Of a DNA stretch of 64,000 bases, positions 19,283-28,992 are shown in pieces; position 1 is the stretch's first letter, and each line of letters begins with the position of its first letter. Origin of the DNA: an uncultured Nitrososphaerota archaeon (GTDB lineage Archaea; Korarchaeota; Korarchaeia; Korarchaeales; Korarchaeaceae). The stretch spans positions 96,001-160,000 of the forward strand of contig CAZQNA010000002.1 in assembly GCA_964594835.1 (NCBI GenBank), in the 5' to 3' direction. The position numbers and the translations under genes were made by a program. Under the pieces are notes generated by a model. It searched no databases. It saw only the letters and a list, made by a program, of their open reading frames with translations, and had not been told where the DNA came from.

Positions 19283-20476
19283 ATGGGCAAGAGGGATCTC
19301 CTGGCGCTGGGAGTCGGCTGGGCCTTCGTGGCGTCCAACTCTGGCCTGATATCCTTCGCCCTACCCCTGATCGCCTCTGAGTGGAGCCTCAAGGGCACGC
19401 AGATAGGGCTCCTGCTGAACCTGTACCTGCTCGGCATGCTGATCGGCGCCTTCGCCCTCGGGAGGGTCGCGGACGCGCTGGGCAGGAAGCCCGCCGCCGT
19501 GATCTCCCTCCTGCTCCTGGCCGCGGGGACCGCGGCCTGCGCCCTGGCGGGCGACTGGGTGACGATGGGCCTGATGAGGCTCCTGGCGGGCGTCGGCGCC
19601 ACCGGATACATGGTGGTGGCCAGCACCCTCCTGTCCGAGCTGTCGCCCACCGAGGTCAGGGGGAGGAACGTCGCGATACTCGAGTCGTTCTGGGCCTACG
19701 GCTGGCTCCTAGCGTCGCTCCTCGGGCTCGTGATCGCCCCCTCGAGGGGGTGGAGGCCGGTGTTCCTGGCGGGCGTGGCCCCAATCCTCGCCGTGCCGCT
19801 CCTCGGCCTCGTGCCGGAGTCTTCCCGCTTCCTGGAGGAGGCGGCAAAGCCGGAGAGGCCGCCCATATCGACGCTATTCAGGGGCGAGTACCTGAGGAGG
19901 ACCGTGATGCTCTGGATCCACTGGTTCGTCATCGTGATGGCCTACTGGGGGGTCTTTCTGTGGTTCCCCAAGATCCTGGTGGCTCAGAGGGGGCTGACGC
20001 TGGTCAAGTCCCTCCAGTGGTCCTTCCTGATAACGCTGGCTCAGATCCCGGGGTACTGGAGCGGAGCCTGGGTGATCGAGAGACTGGGGAGGAGGCTGAG
20101 CCTCTCCCTTTACATGGGGCTCGCCGGCCTCGGCGCCCTGCTCTACTGGTTCGCGTCGACGCCCACGCAGGCCCTCGTGGGGGCGCTGGCCCTGTCGTTC
20201 TTCAACCTGGGCGCCTGGGGCATAACTTACGCGTACACGCCGGAGCTCTACCCGACGAGCCTCAGGGGCCTGGGCTCGGGCGCGGCCAACTCCTTTGGGA
20301 GGCTGGGGGGCATCCTCGGTCCCTACCTGGTGGGGGCCATCCTGGACGCCACCGGCAGCTACTCGCTCGCCTTCCTGACGTTTGCCGCGGCCCAGCTGCT
20401 CGCGGCCGGGGTAGTGGCGGCTCTGGGCGTCGAGACGGCTGGCAAGACCCTGGAGGAGGTGTCTCCGGGGCCCTGA
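19283..20476 (+). CDS. MFS transporter
   Basis: Motif A GRVADALGRK, ELSPTEVRGR, ELYPTSLRG; 12 TM. Confidence 0.9.
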   Translation: MGKRDLLALGVGWAFVASNSGLISFALPLIASEWSLKGTQIGLLLNLYLLGMLIGAFALGRVADALGRKPAAVISLLLLAAGTAACALAGDWVTMGLMRLLAGVGATGYMVVASTLLSELSPTEVRGRNVAILESFWAYGWLLASLLGLVIAPSRGWRPVFLAGVAPILAVPLLGLVPESSRFLEEAAKPERPPISTLFRGEYLRRTVMLWIHWFVIVMAYWGVFLWFPKILVAQRGLTLVKSLQWSFLITLAQIPGYWSGAWVIERLGRRLSLSLYMGLAGLGALLYWFASTPTQALVGALALSFFNLGAWGITYAYTPELYPTSLRGLGSGAANSFGRLGGILGPYLVGAILDATGSYSLAFLTFAAAQLLAAGVVAALGVETAGKTLEEVSPGP

Positions 20477-20584
20477 GGGAAGGAAGAATCGGGGACTGGG
20501 GCGGAGAAGTCGACTCCGGGCCCGGCGGGTCGTACCGCCGGGCCTCACCACCTGAGGCGGTCGATCGGGAGTCCCGCGGCGCCC

Positions 20585-21751
20585 TCACGGGGGCAGGAGC
20601 CTCCCCTGGCTCGTGACCCTCTCGTGGATCACAATCCCCCGCCTGGAGAGCCAGCTCGCAACCTCCAGCATGAGGCCCTCGTCCATGCCCAGCGCCTCAG
20701 GGGGGATGACTCCGGGCCCTGGCACCTTCCCCTCCGACACTAGCCCCGCTACGGCCGTCGCCGTGAAGGAGGTGGTCCTCGCCGTGGCGGTGAGGCCGGT
20801 CGACTCGTCGTACCTGTCGACGACCCGATACTCCACCTCCACGGTCCCCTCGGGGGTCGAGCCCCTGGCCCTGACCAGGAGGACCACCAGGTCGCGGGCA
20901 TCCCCGGCGAGGCGGAGTCGGAACAGCTCGGCAGTCAGGGCCGCGGGCCTCACCTCCGAGTTCCCCACCCTCACGGGTCGCGAGTCGAACAGCCCAAGCT
21001 CCCTCATCAGGGCGACCTTCTCGGCGTGTCCCGGCCACCTCAGGGTCTTCTCCTCCATCCTGTGAACCCCCTTGAGCGTCCTGAGCATGGTCCTGAGTCC
21101 GTCGGTGAGGAAGGCCTCCAGCTCGCCCACGCCCTCCACCTCCACCCTCTCCACCTCCGAGAGGGCGGGGAGCGCGGCCACGCGCCCGTCCCTGACGACC
21201 CTGGCGGGCCTGGTGTACTCCTCGATCAGGTCCTCCGGGCTCCAGGTCACCGTGTATCCCAGCGGGGTTGTCGGCCGCTCGGGGATGGCCCCGACGTACA
21301 CGGTGAGGTCGTGGACCCTCCCCTCGAGCCTGGCGTAGGCCCTCCCTGCCAGCATGTTGCTGAGGCCCGGCGCCAGGCCGGCGTCGGGGACTATGGTGAC
21401 CCCGGACTCCCTCGCCTGGATGTTGAAGGCGAGGGGATCGTCGGGCGAGTAGGACACGTCCACCAGGTCCACCCCGGCCCTGATCGCGGCGAGCCAGGCG
21501 CTCCTCCCGAGCCTCCCGGGGAGGGCCCCGATCGCGACGTCGACGTCTCCCAGCGCCCTGGCCAACGCGTCAACGTCTGAGGCGTCTACCTTCACCGTCT
21601 GGCAGCCCCTCAGGCTGGCCGAGGCCTCCCTCAGGGCACTCTCGTCCCTGTCGATGAGGATCAGGTCGCGGCCCGTGGCCCTCTCGTAGAGGTCCCAGGC
21701 TATCACGCGCCCGATGAGGCCGAGCCCCACGACAGCCGCCCTTATGGGCAC
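20585..21751 (-). CDS. Saccharopine dehydrogenase family (L-lysine 6-dehydrogenase-like)
   Basis: GLGLIG Rossmann motif, DAGLAPGLSN, TWSPEDLIEEYTRP, TDGLRT, KTLRWPGH. Confidence 0.82.
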   Translation of the reverse strand: MPIRAAVVGLGLIGRVIAWDLYERATGRDLILIDRDESALREASASLRGCQTVKVDASDVDALARALGDVDVAIGALPGRLGRSAWLAAIRAGVDLVDVSYSPDDPLAFNIQARESGVTIVPDAGLAPGLSNMLAGRAYARLEGRVHDLTVYVGAIPERPTTPLGYTVTWSPEDLIEEYTRPARVVRDGRVAALPALSEVERVEVEGVGELEAFLTDGLRTMLRTLKGVHRMEEKTLRWPGHAEKVALMRELGLFDSRPVRVGNSEVRPAALTAELFRLRLAGDARDLVVLLVRARGSTPEGTVEVEYRVVDRYDESTGLTATARTTSFTATAVAGLVSEGKVPGPGVIPPEALGMDEGLMLEVASWLSRRGIVIHERVTSQGRLLPP

Positions 21752-21777
21752 CACCCCTCCACCCGGCCCGGACAGCA

Positions 21778-23382
21778 CTAAAGGTTGAGGTCGCCGCCCC
21801 GCTCATCCCGCGGGCCGTAGACGATCTCCGCGTCGTCCTCGTCCAGAGACCTCCACCTGACCTCCAGCCCGACGGCCTCGATCACCGGGGCCGCGAGGTC
21901 GCCCGGTATCCCGACCCCCTCCAGCAGGGCCCTGGCCCGCCCGACGGTTTCCGGCCTCTGGCTGAGGAGGGCCTCGCCGGCCCTCGCGAGCAGCTCCTCG
22001 GAGATCAGGTGTCCGGACACGAGCCTGAAGCCCCTCAGATCGGCCACCTCCAGCGCCTGCTCGGGCGTCAGGCCGTGCTCCTCCGCGAACTCCCTCAGGC
22101 TCACCACGCCTCCCCTCGGCCTGAGCCTGCCCCCCAGCCCACCTGAGGAGACGATCCCCCTCCACTCCCTCTCCTCGATCTCCCGGAGCCTCTCCAGGAG
22201 GGGCTTCACGTCGCGCCTCCCCTCGAAGTACAGGACGTCCTCCACCACCTCCTCGACGGGGGCGCAGGCCAGGTCCCTCCTGGCGACCACCAGGGCTGGC
22301 TCCTCGACCTTCTTGAGCTTCTCGAGCTTCCTCCTGATGTACTCTGTCGTCCAGAAGCCCATAACCTCCACGTACACCCTGACCGGCCCCTTCTGTATGA
22401 GGAAGTCGGGTATGAGGACGGACCTGCCTGCGAGTAGGGGCTCCGGCTCCCTCGTGACCCTCCAGCCGTCGAGGGAGCATGCAGTAGCGAAGTCCCTCTC
22501 CAGCGAGCTGTCGTACTCCCCCTCTCCCTCGCCCGCCCCAGGCTCCGGGGCGGCCGGGAAGAGGTCCCGCCTGGAGGAGTCCACCTCGAGCCTCAGGGCC
22601 ACCCTCCCCTCCCCGGAGCCGGACCTCCTCACAACCCACGCGGAAAGCGACCAGTCGTCCATGGTGACTATCCTCGGGACGAGCCTGGCCAGCGAGGTGC
22701 CGTACCTTGTCGTCATCTTGAGGACAGTGGCCGGGCCGTCCACGTCGAGCCTCAGGGCCCCACCCTCCCTGGAGGCAGAGTACATGAGGCCCAGGGCCTT
22801 GACCGCCCTGAGCAGGCGCTTCACCTGCCCGCCGGGGGACCTCGTCCTCACAACGAGCCTCACGCACCTGAAGAGGGCTGTCTGCAGGAGGGACAGGTTG
22901 TAGATCCTGAGGAGCTCCTCGGGGCCCGGCAGGTCCGCCTCCTTGAGCCTGAGCGCGTCGTCCGAGTCGGCCCAGAGGGCCTCCTCAAGCTCGTCGACGG
23001 TTAGGCCCAGCTCCTCCGCCGCGAGCCTCAGGGCCTCCCCCCTCTGGGGCCCGGAGGCGAACCCGTGGAACCTCCTGTTGACGACCCTGTAGACCGCGAG
23101 CCTGGCCCTCTCTGGGCTCACCCTCGTCTCGGGCCTCTCGAAGGAGCACCTCCTCTCGAGGAGTATGGCGAGACCCCTCACCAGCTTGAAGTCTATCCCG
23201 GCGGCCTCGTAGGCCTCCTCGATCTCCTCCACGGCCGAGTGGATCTCGGCCAGGCTTCGCCCGGGCCTGAACTGGGATGTCAGCTCCCCGGCGAGGGCCA
23301 GCTCCTCCTCCCTGCCGGTGGCCCACCGCAGCAGGAGCCTGTCCCGGAACCTCCTGGCCCGCAGGAGCTGAGACGGGAGCAG
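21778..23382 (-). CDS. bax1: Bax1/DUF790 endonuclease (probable CTG start)
   Basis: YNLSLLQT, DGP..VLK.TTRYG, DSSLE, REPEPL, IPDF, EVMGFWT; the frame extends to CTG-LPSQLLRAR directly after xpb. Confidence 0.85.
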   Translation of the reverse strand: MLPSQLLRARRFRDRLLLRWATGREEELALAGELTSQFRPGRSLAEIHSAVEEIEEAYEAAGIDFKLVRGLAILLERRCSFERPETRVSPERARLAVYRVVNRRFHGFASGPQRGEALRLAAEELGLTVDELEEALWADSDDALRLKEADLPGPEELLRIYNLSLLQTALFRCVRLVVRTRSPGGQVKRLLRAVKALGLMYSASREGGALRLDVDGPATVLKMTTRYGTSLARLVPRIVTMDDWSLSAWVVRRSGSGEGRVALRLEVDSSRRDLFPAAPEPGAGEGEGEYDSSLERDFATACSLDGWRVTREPEPLLAGRSVLIPDFLIQKGPVRVYVEVMGFWTTEYIRRKLEKLKKVEEPALVVARRDLACAPVEEVVEDVLYFEGRRDVKPLLERLREIEEREWRGIVSSGGLGGRLRPRGGVVSLREFAEEHGLTPEQALEVADLRGFRLVSGHLISEELLARAGEALLSQRPETVGRARALLEGVGIPGDLAAPVIEAVGLEVRWRSLDEDDAEIVYGPRDERGGDLNL

Positions 23383-23394
23383 GGCACCACCCCC

Positions 23395-24759
23395 CTACCG
23401 GCCGCCCCCCGAGTCCTCCGACCTCAGGGCCCTCCTCCTCCTGCTGGAGGTCCTGACCTCCGCGGTCCCCGCGGTGACCACCTCGTAGAGGACCGCCCTC
23501 TTCCCCTCCCTCTTCCTCAGTATCCTCCCGAGCCTCTGTATGAACTCCCTCCTGCTGCCCGTCCCGCCGAGTATGATGCCCACCCTGGCGTCGGGGACGT
23601 CCACGCCCTCGTCCAGCACCTTGGACGTCACCACCTTCGTCACCCCTCCGGTCCTGAACGCCGAGAGTATCTCCTGCCTCTCCCTCTGACTGGTCCTGTG
23701 AGTTATCAGGGGGATCAGGAACCTCCTGCTGACCTCCTCGGCCATCTCGTTGTACTCGGTGAATATGATCACCTTGTCATCCCTGTGGCTCTCGAGGAGC
23801 TCCTCCAGGACCTCTAGCTTCCTCCTCGCATTTATCGCCAGCCTCCTGGCTCTGTTCCAGCTGATAAGGGCCCGCCTGGCCGCCCTGCTTGACCCGCTCC
23901 TCATAACCAGCCTCCTGAAGTCTTCGAGCGAGCTCATGCTCAGGCCCGTCCTCCTCAGCCCGTCCCTGTACTCAGAGATCAGCCTCTCGTACTCCCTCCT
24001 CTCCTCCTCGGTGAGCCTCACCCTTATCCCGACGGTGTCGAACTCAGCCAGGTGCTCTCCGGCCAGCTCCCTGGGACCGAGCCTGTAGACCACCCCTCCC
24101 ACGCGGGTCAGGAGGTGGACGTGCCTCCCGTCCTCCCTCTCCAGGGTGGCCGTGAGGCCAAGCCTGTAGGGGGAGGCCAGGCTCTCGGCTATCTCGATGT
24201 ACCCCTCGGCCGCCAGGTGGTGGACCTCGTCGAACACCGCCAGGAGGAACCTGTTCCCTATCTCGGGGGCCCTGAGGTAGGCAGAGTCGTAAGTTATGAC
24301 CGTGATCCCCCTGAGCTCCGACCTCCCACCGCCGACCACGCCCACATCCACGCCGAAGGCCTCCGAGATCCTCTCGGCCCACTGTGTGAGGAGCGGGAGC
24401 GTGGGGACCACCACCAGCGTTGAGACGCTGAGCTCCTCCATGGCCTTCAGCGCCACGAACGTCTTCCCCGCGCCGGTGGGCAGGACCACGATTCCCCTCC
24501 GCCTCTCCATCCAGGCGTCGAGCGCCTCCCTCTGGAAGGGCTTCAGCCTGATGTCCGACCTGAGGGGCGGGACTGGGAGTGGGTCCATCACCTGGTCGAC
24601 GGCGTGGGGGAGGGCCTCCCTGATCTCCCCGTACCTGTAGGCCATGGCCCGCAGGGCCCCCACCCTCGAGTCCCAGGAGCAGTGGGGGGCCGACCTGGCT
24701 CCCCAAACCAGCATGGTTCCCCTGTCGTACGTGATCCTCACAGGGCCCCCCAAACTCAC
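23395..24759 (-). CDS. xpb: XPB/Rad25-type SF2 DNA helicase
   Basis: LPTGAGKT, DEVHH, LTATLEREDG (RED motif), LDEGVDVP, QRLGRILR. Confidence 0.92.
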   Translation of the reverse strand: MSLGGPVRITYDRGTMLVWGARSAPHCSWDSRVGALRAMAYRYGEIREALPHAVDQVMDPLPVPPLRSDIRLKPFQREALDAWMERRRGIVVLPTGAGKTFVALKAMEELSVSTLVVVPTLPLLTQWAERISEAFGVDVGVVGGGRSELRGITVITYDSAYLRAPEIGNRFLLAVFDEVHHLAAEGYIEIAESLASPYRLGLTATLEREDGRHVHLLTRVGGVVYRLGPRELAGEHLAEFDTVGIRVRLTEEERREYERLISEYRDGLRRTGLSMSSLEDFRRLVMRSGSSRAARRALISWNRARRLAINARRKLEVLEELLESHRDDKVIIFTEYNEMAEEVSRRFLIPLITHRTSQRERQEILSAFRTGGVTKVVTSKVLDEGVDVPDARVGIILGGTGSRREFIQRLGRILRKREGKRAVLYEVVTAGTAEVRTSSRRRRALRSEDSGGGR

Positions 24760-24934
24760 TCGGGCGTTGGAGAACGGGTCAAATAAAGGTTCTCCGAGTG
24801 GGCGACTCTTCGGGGACCGCGGGGGGAGGGTGCCTGTAGACCCTCCCCCGGGACCCGAAGTTGCACTCCGCCTGCCATCGCCTCGGGGCCTGACGCGGGG
24901 ACCGGTGGGCTCTCGGGGCGTGCTCCCCCGGTCC

Positions 24935-26710
24935 CTACCCCTCGTACTTCCTCTTCAGCTCTTGGTACAGCTCCTCAGAGATCTCCCCCCTCCTGTACCT
25001 CTCCTCGAGCTTTTTCAGGACCTCAGACCGATGGTCAGCCTTCTCCAGGCCTTGACCGCCCCTCCTCCTCAGCAGCGCGAGCGCCGCAAGCGCAGAAGCC
25101 AGGGCGGCCGCGCCGAGGATCGCCCACGTCCGACCTCCGAGACCCCCGGCGGACGCGCGTCCCGGCTCGGTGGTCGGAGAGCTGGTGGCAGCCCCCGTTG
25201 GCTCGGTGGTGGGGGGCGCGGTCGAGCCGGGGACGCCTCCGGGGCCGGGCTGCGCGGGGGACATCGGAGGCCTCGGCGTCCCGCGGGGGCGTCCGCCGAA
25301 CTCGTAGGGCCCGATGTCGGGCCCGTCTCCCACGGGTCTCCGTGCAGAGTCAAGGTCGAAGGGCGTGTACCTCTCCGGGTAGCCTGCGTCGATCGCCGGG
25401 GAGCCTGGGGAGAGGTGGTAGTCGTCCGACTCGGGGTCGACGAACTCGGGGTCAGCGGTCAGGCTGTGGGCCCCGTTTCCGGTCGCGCGGGTCCAGGCGC
25501 CCGAGGCGATGTCCTCCCGGGTCACGTCCCTCTGCTCGCCCTCCAGCCATATCTCGGAGTCGGCCCTGCTGTACCATATGTTGTGGTCCTCCACGAACTC
25601 CACGCCCGCGCCGATGTAGATCCCGACGGGCTCGTCCGGAGGACCGTTGAACGCGAAGATCGAGCTGTACACCATGACCCTCAGGTCGTCCTGGGGGGCG
25701 AGGGGCTCGGGCTCCGGGTATCCCGCAACAAGGGAGTAGGCCCTGTTCTCGATGGAGTTGAAGGCAACGAGGGAGTTCAGGACCATGTAATTTCCGTTGT
25801 AAACCAGGTCTATCCCCGTGAGGCCGTTCCTGTAGATCGCCGTGTTCTGAACGAACCCCGTGGTCCAGAGTTTCACCCCCTCCATGCCGTTGTGGTGGAC
25901 CTTGCAGCGGTCCACGAGCCCAGCGTAGAAGATGCCGTAGAGGGGGTTTCTGGACCCCAGGTCGACGCCGTCCCCGCCGTTGTGGTGGATGTCGCACCCA
26001 ATCACTATCCACTGCTCCCCCGACTCAGCGCCTATCCCGTCGGCCCCGAAGCCGCCCTCGGCCCCGTTCCCGTAGATGGACGACCAGGCCACGGTCACGT
26101 CCGAGCAGGGGCCGGGGGTGCAGTCTATGCCCGAGTACAGGTTGTCGTGGATCAGCGAACGGGCCACGGTGACGTTGTCCACGGGCCCGTTCGCCGGCTG
26201 CTGTCCGCTGTAGCCCGTGGTCATGTGTATCCCCACCTCGCAGCCCGCCGCCTCGACCTCCTCCAAGTGGACGTGACTGTTGCCGCCGTGGAGGGAGATG
26301 CACCAGACGTCCGCCCCGAGCACCCTCAGGTTGAGGAGCCTCACGTGAGACACCCCGGGGGCGAGCGTGATCCCGTTAGAGCCCAGACCGGAGGCGTCCA
26401 CGATCACGACCTCGCCCTCCGCCCCCCTGATCTCTATCGGGGCGTCCGGGGTACCCGAGACGTTGATCACAACCGCCTCGTGGTAGGTCCCTCCCCTGAT
26501 CACGAGGGTGTCCCCGGGCTCGAGCTCGGAGACCCCCCTTGATATGGTGGCCCAGGGCCTCGACTCGGTCCCCGGGTTGGAGTCGCTCCCGTCGGGCGAC
26601 ACGTAGAACGTCCTCCCGCCCCCCTCCGCCCAGCCCCGGGCGACCGCCAGCGCGAGCAGGGTCAGGGAGAGGAGGGCCGCGGAGAGCACGAGAAGGTGCC
26701 TCTTGTCCAT
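24935..26710 (-). CDS. Surface protein: right-handed beta-helix (DUF1565), choice-of-anchor-like motif, TM, SHOCT
   Basis: FYVSPDGSDSNPGT, repeated IHDN/IYGN/IHHN, YHLSPGSPAIDAG..DIGPYE, ERYRRGEISEELY. Confidence 0.8.
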   Translation of the reverse strand: MDKRHLLVLSAALLSLTLLALAVARGWAEGGGRTFYVSPDGSDSNPGTESRPWATISRGVSELEPGDTLVIRGGTYHEAVVINVSGTPDAPIEIRGAEGEVVIVDASGLGSNGITLAPGVSHVRLLNLRVLGADVWCISLHGGNSHVHLEEVEAAGCEVGIHMTTGYSGQQPANGPVDNVTVARSLIHDNLYSGIDCTPGPCSDVTVAWSSIYGNGAEGGFGADGIGAESGEQWIVIGCDIHHNGGDGVDLGSRNPLYGIFYAGLVDRCKVHHNGMEGVKLWTTGFVQNTAIYRNGLTGIDLVYNGNYMVLNSLVAFNSIENRAYSLVAGYPEPEPLAPQDDLRVMVYSSIFAFNGPPDEPVGIYIGAGVEFVEDHNIWYSRADSEIWLEGEQRDVTREDIASGAWTRATGNGAHSLTADPEFVDPESDDYHLSPGSPAIDAGYPERYTPFDLDSARRPVGDGPDIGPYEFGGRPRGTPRPPMSPAQPGPGGVPGSTAPPTTEPTGAATSSPTTEPGRASAGGLGGRTWAILGAAALASALAALALLRRRGGQGLEKADHRSEVLKKLEERYRRGEISEELYQELKRKYEG

Positions 26711-26927
26711 TAAAGGGGTCAAGTTTTGTATGTCTTAAGGTTTTTCGAACTAGTCTGTTTCAGCGTGAAGACTCCCCGCGGGGAAGAGGGGGACTGATCC
26801 CGCTCCAACCGCCTCCGCGCTCTGCCCCTAGTGAAACCGCCTCAGGACCGCCCCTTCCGCCCGCCCGCGCCCCTGCACACCTGTAATCATTTATTACAGG
26901 AGGCAAATACAGTACGCACGTCGAGAA

Positions 26928-27179
26928 TTGAGCGCCGTGATCAGCTTCAGAGTTGACAGGAAGCTCAAGGAGAGGATGGACAGGTTGAGGCACGTCAACT
27001 GGAGCGCCGTGGTGAGGAGGGCCATCGAGGAGGTCGTCAGGCGGGAGGAGGCGATGATGCGTCGTAAGGGCAGGTCCGCCATGCGGGCGGCCGCCATCAG
27101 GACGGATACGCTCCGCAGGGAGGTGCCCGGTTGGAGCGGGGTGGAGGAGGTAAGGCGCTGGAGAGAGGCGAGGCGGTGA
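26928..27179 (+). CDS. vapB: VapB-type RHH antitoxin
   Basis: VISFRVDRKLKERM...VNWSAVVRRAIEE; overlaps the PIN gene. Confidence 0.85.
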   Translation: MSAVISFRVDRKLKERMDRLRHVNWSAVVRRAIEEVVRREEAMMRRKGRSAMRAAAIRTDTLRREVPGWSGVEEVRRWREARR

Positions 27180-27586
27180 TCGACGCCTCCGTGGTGGTGA
27201 AGTGGTTTGTGAGGGAGGAGTACACGGAGGAGTCCCTCAGGCTCAGGGACGCCTACGTCGACGGCCTGGTGGACCTCCTCGCCCTGTGTCTCCTGCCCAT
27301 GGAGGTTCTCAGCGCCCTGAAGCACTCCGGGGGATTCGGGGAGGATGAACTGAAGGAGGTCTCCTCGGTCCTCGAGGGCTACCAGTTCACCCTGTACGAC
27401 CTATCGGGAAGCTACGCGGAGAGGACCGTCGAGGTCGCCATGAGAAAGGGTCTGACAATATACGACGCCTCTTACGTGGCGCTCGCCCTGATTAACAAGA
27501 CCCTCCTGTACACGGCCGAAGAGAGGCTCATCAGAAAGGCGTCGAGCCTAGGAGTGGTGAGGCACGTGGCCGAGTTCACACCCTGA
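27158..27586 (+). CDS. vapC: VapC PIN-domain toxin (start uncertain: TTG 27131, CTG 27158 or GTG 27176)
   Basis: VIDASVVVKWF, TIYDASYVALA, LYTAE. Confidence 0.85.
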   Translation: MERGEAVIDASVVVKWFVREEYTEESLRLRDAYVDGLVDLLALCLLPMEVLSALKHSGGFGEDELKEVSSVLEGYQFTLYDLSGSYAERTVEVAMRKGLTIYDASYVALALINKTLLYTAEERLIRKASSLGVVRHVAEFTP

Positions 27587-27654
27587 TGGAGGCTGGCGGC
27601 TGGGCGGCCACCGGCTGGTTGACACCTTCTCCCTCCGCCGCGGTCGCCCGGGGC

Positions 27655-28992
27655 TCAGGTCACCTCCGGGGGGGACTCGGGGTAGGCCCTCAGCCTGGCC
27701 TCCAGGGGGCAGCCTCCCCCGCACGCGCTGAAGAACGGGCAGGCCCGGCAGGCGTCTCCGGCGAACCCCCTTGACCTTATGGCCTCGCAGAGCGGGTGGT
27801 CCCATATGGGGCCCCAGTCGTCCCTCAGGATGTTGCCGAGGGGCTCGTAGTAGCTCTGGCAGGGTATCACGGTCCCGTCGGGCTCGACGGCCATGGTTAT
27901 CGAGCAGGCCGAGCAGAACTTCACCCCGAACTGGTGCTCCAGCGGGTTGAGCTCGCAGTACCTGGTGACGCCGTACCACCTGAACTCCATGTCCCTCTCC
28001 GCCGCGGCGTCCGCCATCTCCTCCAGAGCCTCGAGCGTCTCCTCCGGCGTGGGCTCGAACCACTCCCTCACCTCCAGGCCCCTGCCGCTGTATATGAGCC
28101 GGTTGGCCGACACTGCGTCCGCCCCCAGCTCGTCGGCCAGCTCGACCAGCCCGACGACGTCGCCCAAGTTCAGCCTGCTGAGGGTGGCGTTGACGTCAAC
28201 GTATATCCCGAGGTCCGCCACGTTCCTGATCCCCTCGACGGTCTCCCTCCAGCTCCCGGGGACCTGGGTTATCCTCTCGTGGACCTCAGGCCTGTGGGAC
28301 TCCAGCGTGACCTGAACGTAGTCCAGCCCCGCCCGCACGAGGGCCTCGGCGAAGGACCTGTCCGCCAGCCTCCTGCCGTTCGTCACCAGCCCCGCCACCA
28401 GCCCGAGCCGCTGGGCCTCCCACACGAGGTCCACCAAGTCGTCCCTCAGGGTCGGCTCTCCTCCCGTGAATACGACGTTCGGTACTCCGAGGTCTGCGAC
28501 CCTCCTCAGGACCTTTCTCCACTCCTCCGTGCCCAGTTCGGGCTTCTGGGACTCGGGGGATCCGCTGTAGCAGTGGACGCACCTGTTGTTGCACCTATAG
28601 GTGAGGGCTAGGTCCATCCTGAATGGCGCCGAGGTCCTGACGGAGAGGGGGTCGACCCTCGCGAACCCGAGGTCGGTGATGGGGCAGACCTCCTCCGCGT
28701 CTAGGAAGGCCTTGAGCCTCCTGACGAAGTCCCAGTAGTCCCTCTCCGCCCTCTCCCTCGTGAGCCCGCGAAACGCCCTCACGGCCCTCTTTACCGCGAC
28801 CTCCGGTGGGTCCCCGCTGAGAAACGACTCAGCGAAGAGGGTGCCCGATCTGTTGAGGTACGCGGACCTCCTGGCGGCCACCACCAGCACCCCGACGCCC
28901 GACGGGTCCACCCTCAGGTGGACCTTCTGGCCCCTGTAGACGAAGCTTCGCATCCGCGCCTTCCCCCTGCCGCTCCTCCCTCCGACTCCCAT
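27655..28992 (-). CDS. Radical SAM/SPASM enzyme with N-terminal PqqD/RRE-like domain
   Basis: CNNRCVHC, TGGEP, VTNG; SPASM CSAC...PDGTVIPC...CRACPFFSACGGGC; N-terminal AYLNRSGTLFAE; ATG in a TGATG overlap with the upstream gene. Confidence 0.9.
   Translation of the reverse strand: MGVGGRSGRGKARMRSFVYRGQKVHLRVDPSGVGVLVVAARRSAYLNRSGTLFAESFLSGDPPEVAVKRAVRAFRGLTRERAERDYWDFVRRLKAFLDAEEVCPITDLGFARVDPLSVRTSAPFRMDLALTYRCNNRCVHCYSGSPESQKPELGTEEWRKVLRRVADLGVPNVVFTGGEPTLRDDLVDLVWEAQRLGLVAGLVTNGRRLADRSFAEALVRAGLDYVQVTLESHRPEVHERITQVPGSWRETVEGIRNVADLGIYVDVNATLSRLNLGDVVGLVELADELGADAVSANRLIYSGRGLEVREWFEPTPEETLEALEEMADAAAERDMEFRWYGVTRYCELNPLEHQFGVKFCSACSITMAVEPDGTVIPCQSYYEPLGNILRDDWGPIWDHPLCEAIRSRGFAGDACRACPFFSACGGGCPLEARLRAYPESPPEVT

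Noticed and set aside
24644-26542. 632-aa plus-strand ORF
   Set aside because: Antisense shadow of the beta-helix gene, typical of high-GC DNA; no motifs.
27655-28992. Calling the rSAM PqqE, MftC or AhbC/D
   Set aside because: No cognate pathway genes nearby, and the gene is coupled to a different Cys-rich partner.
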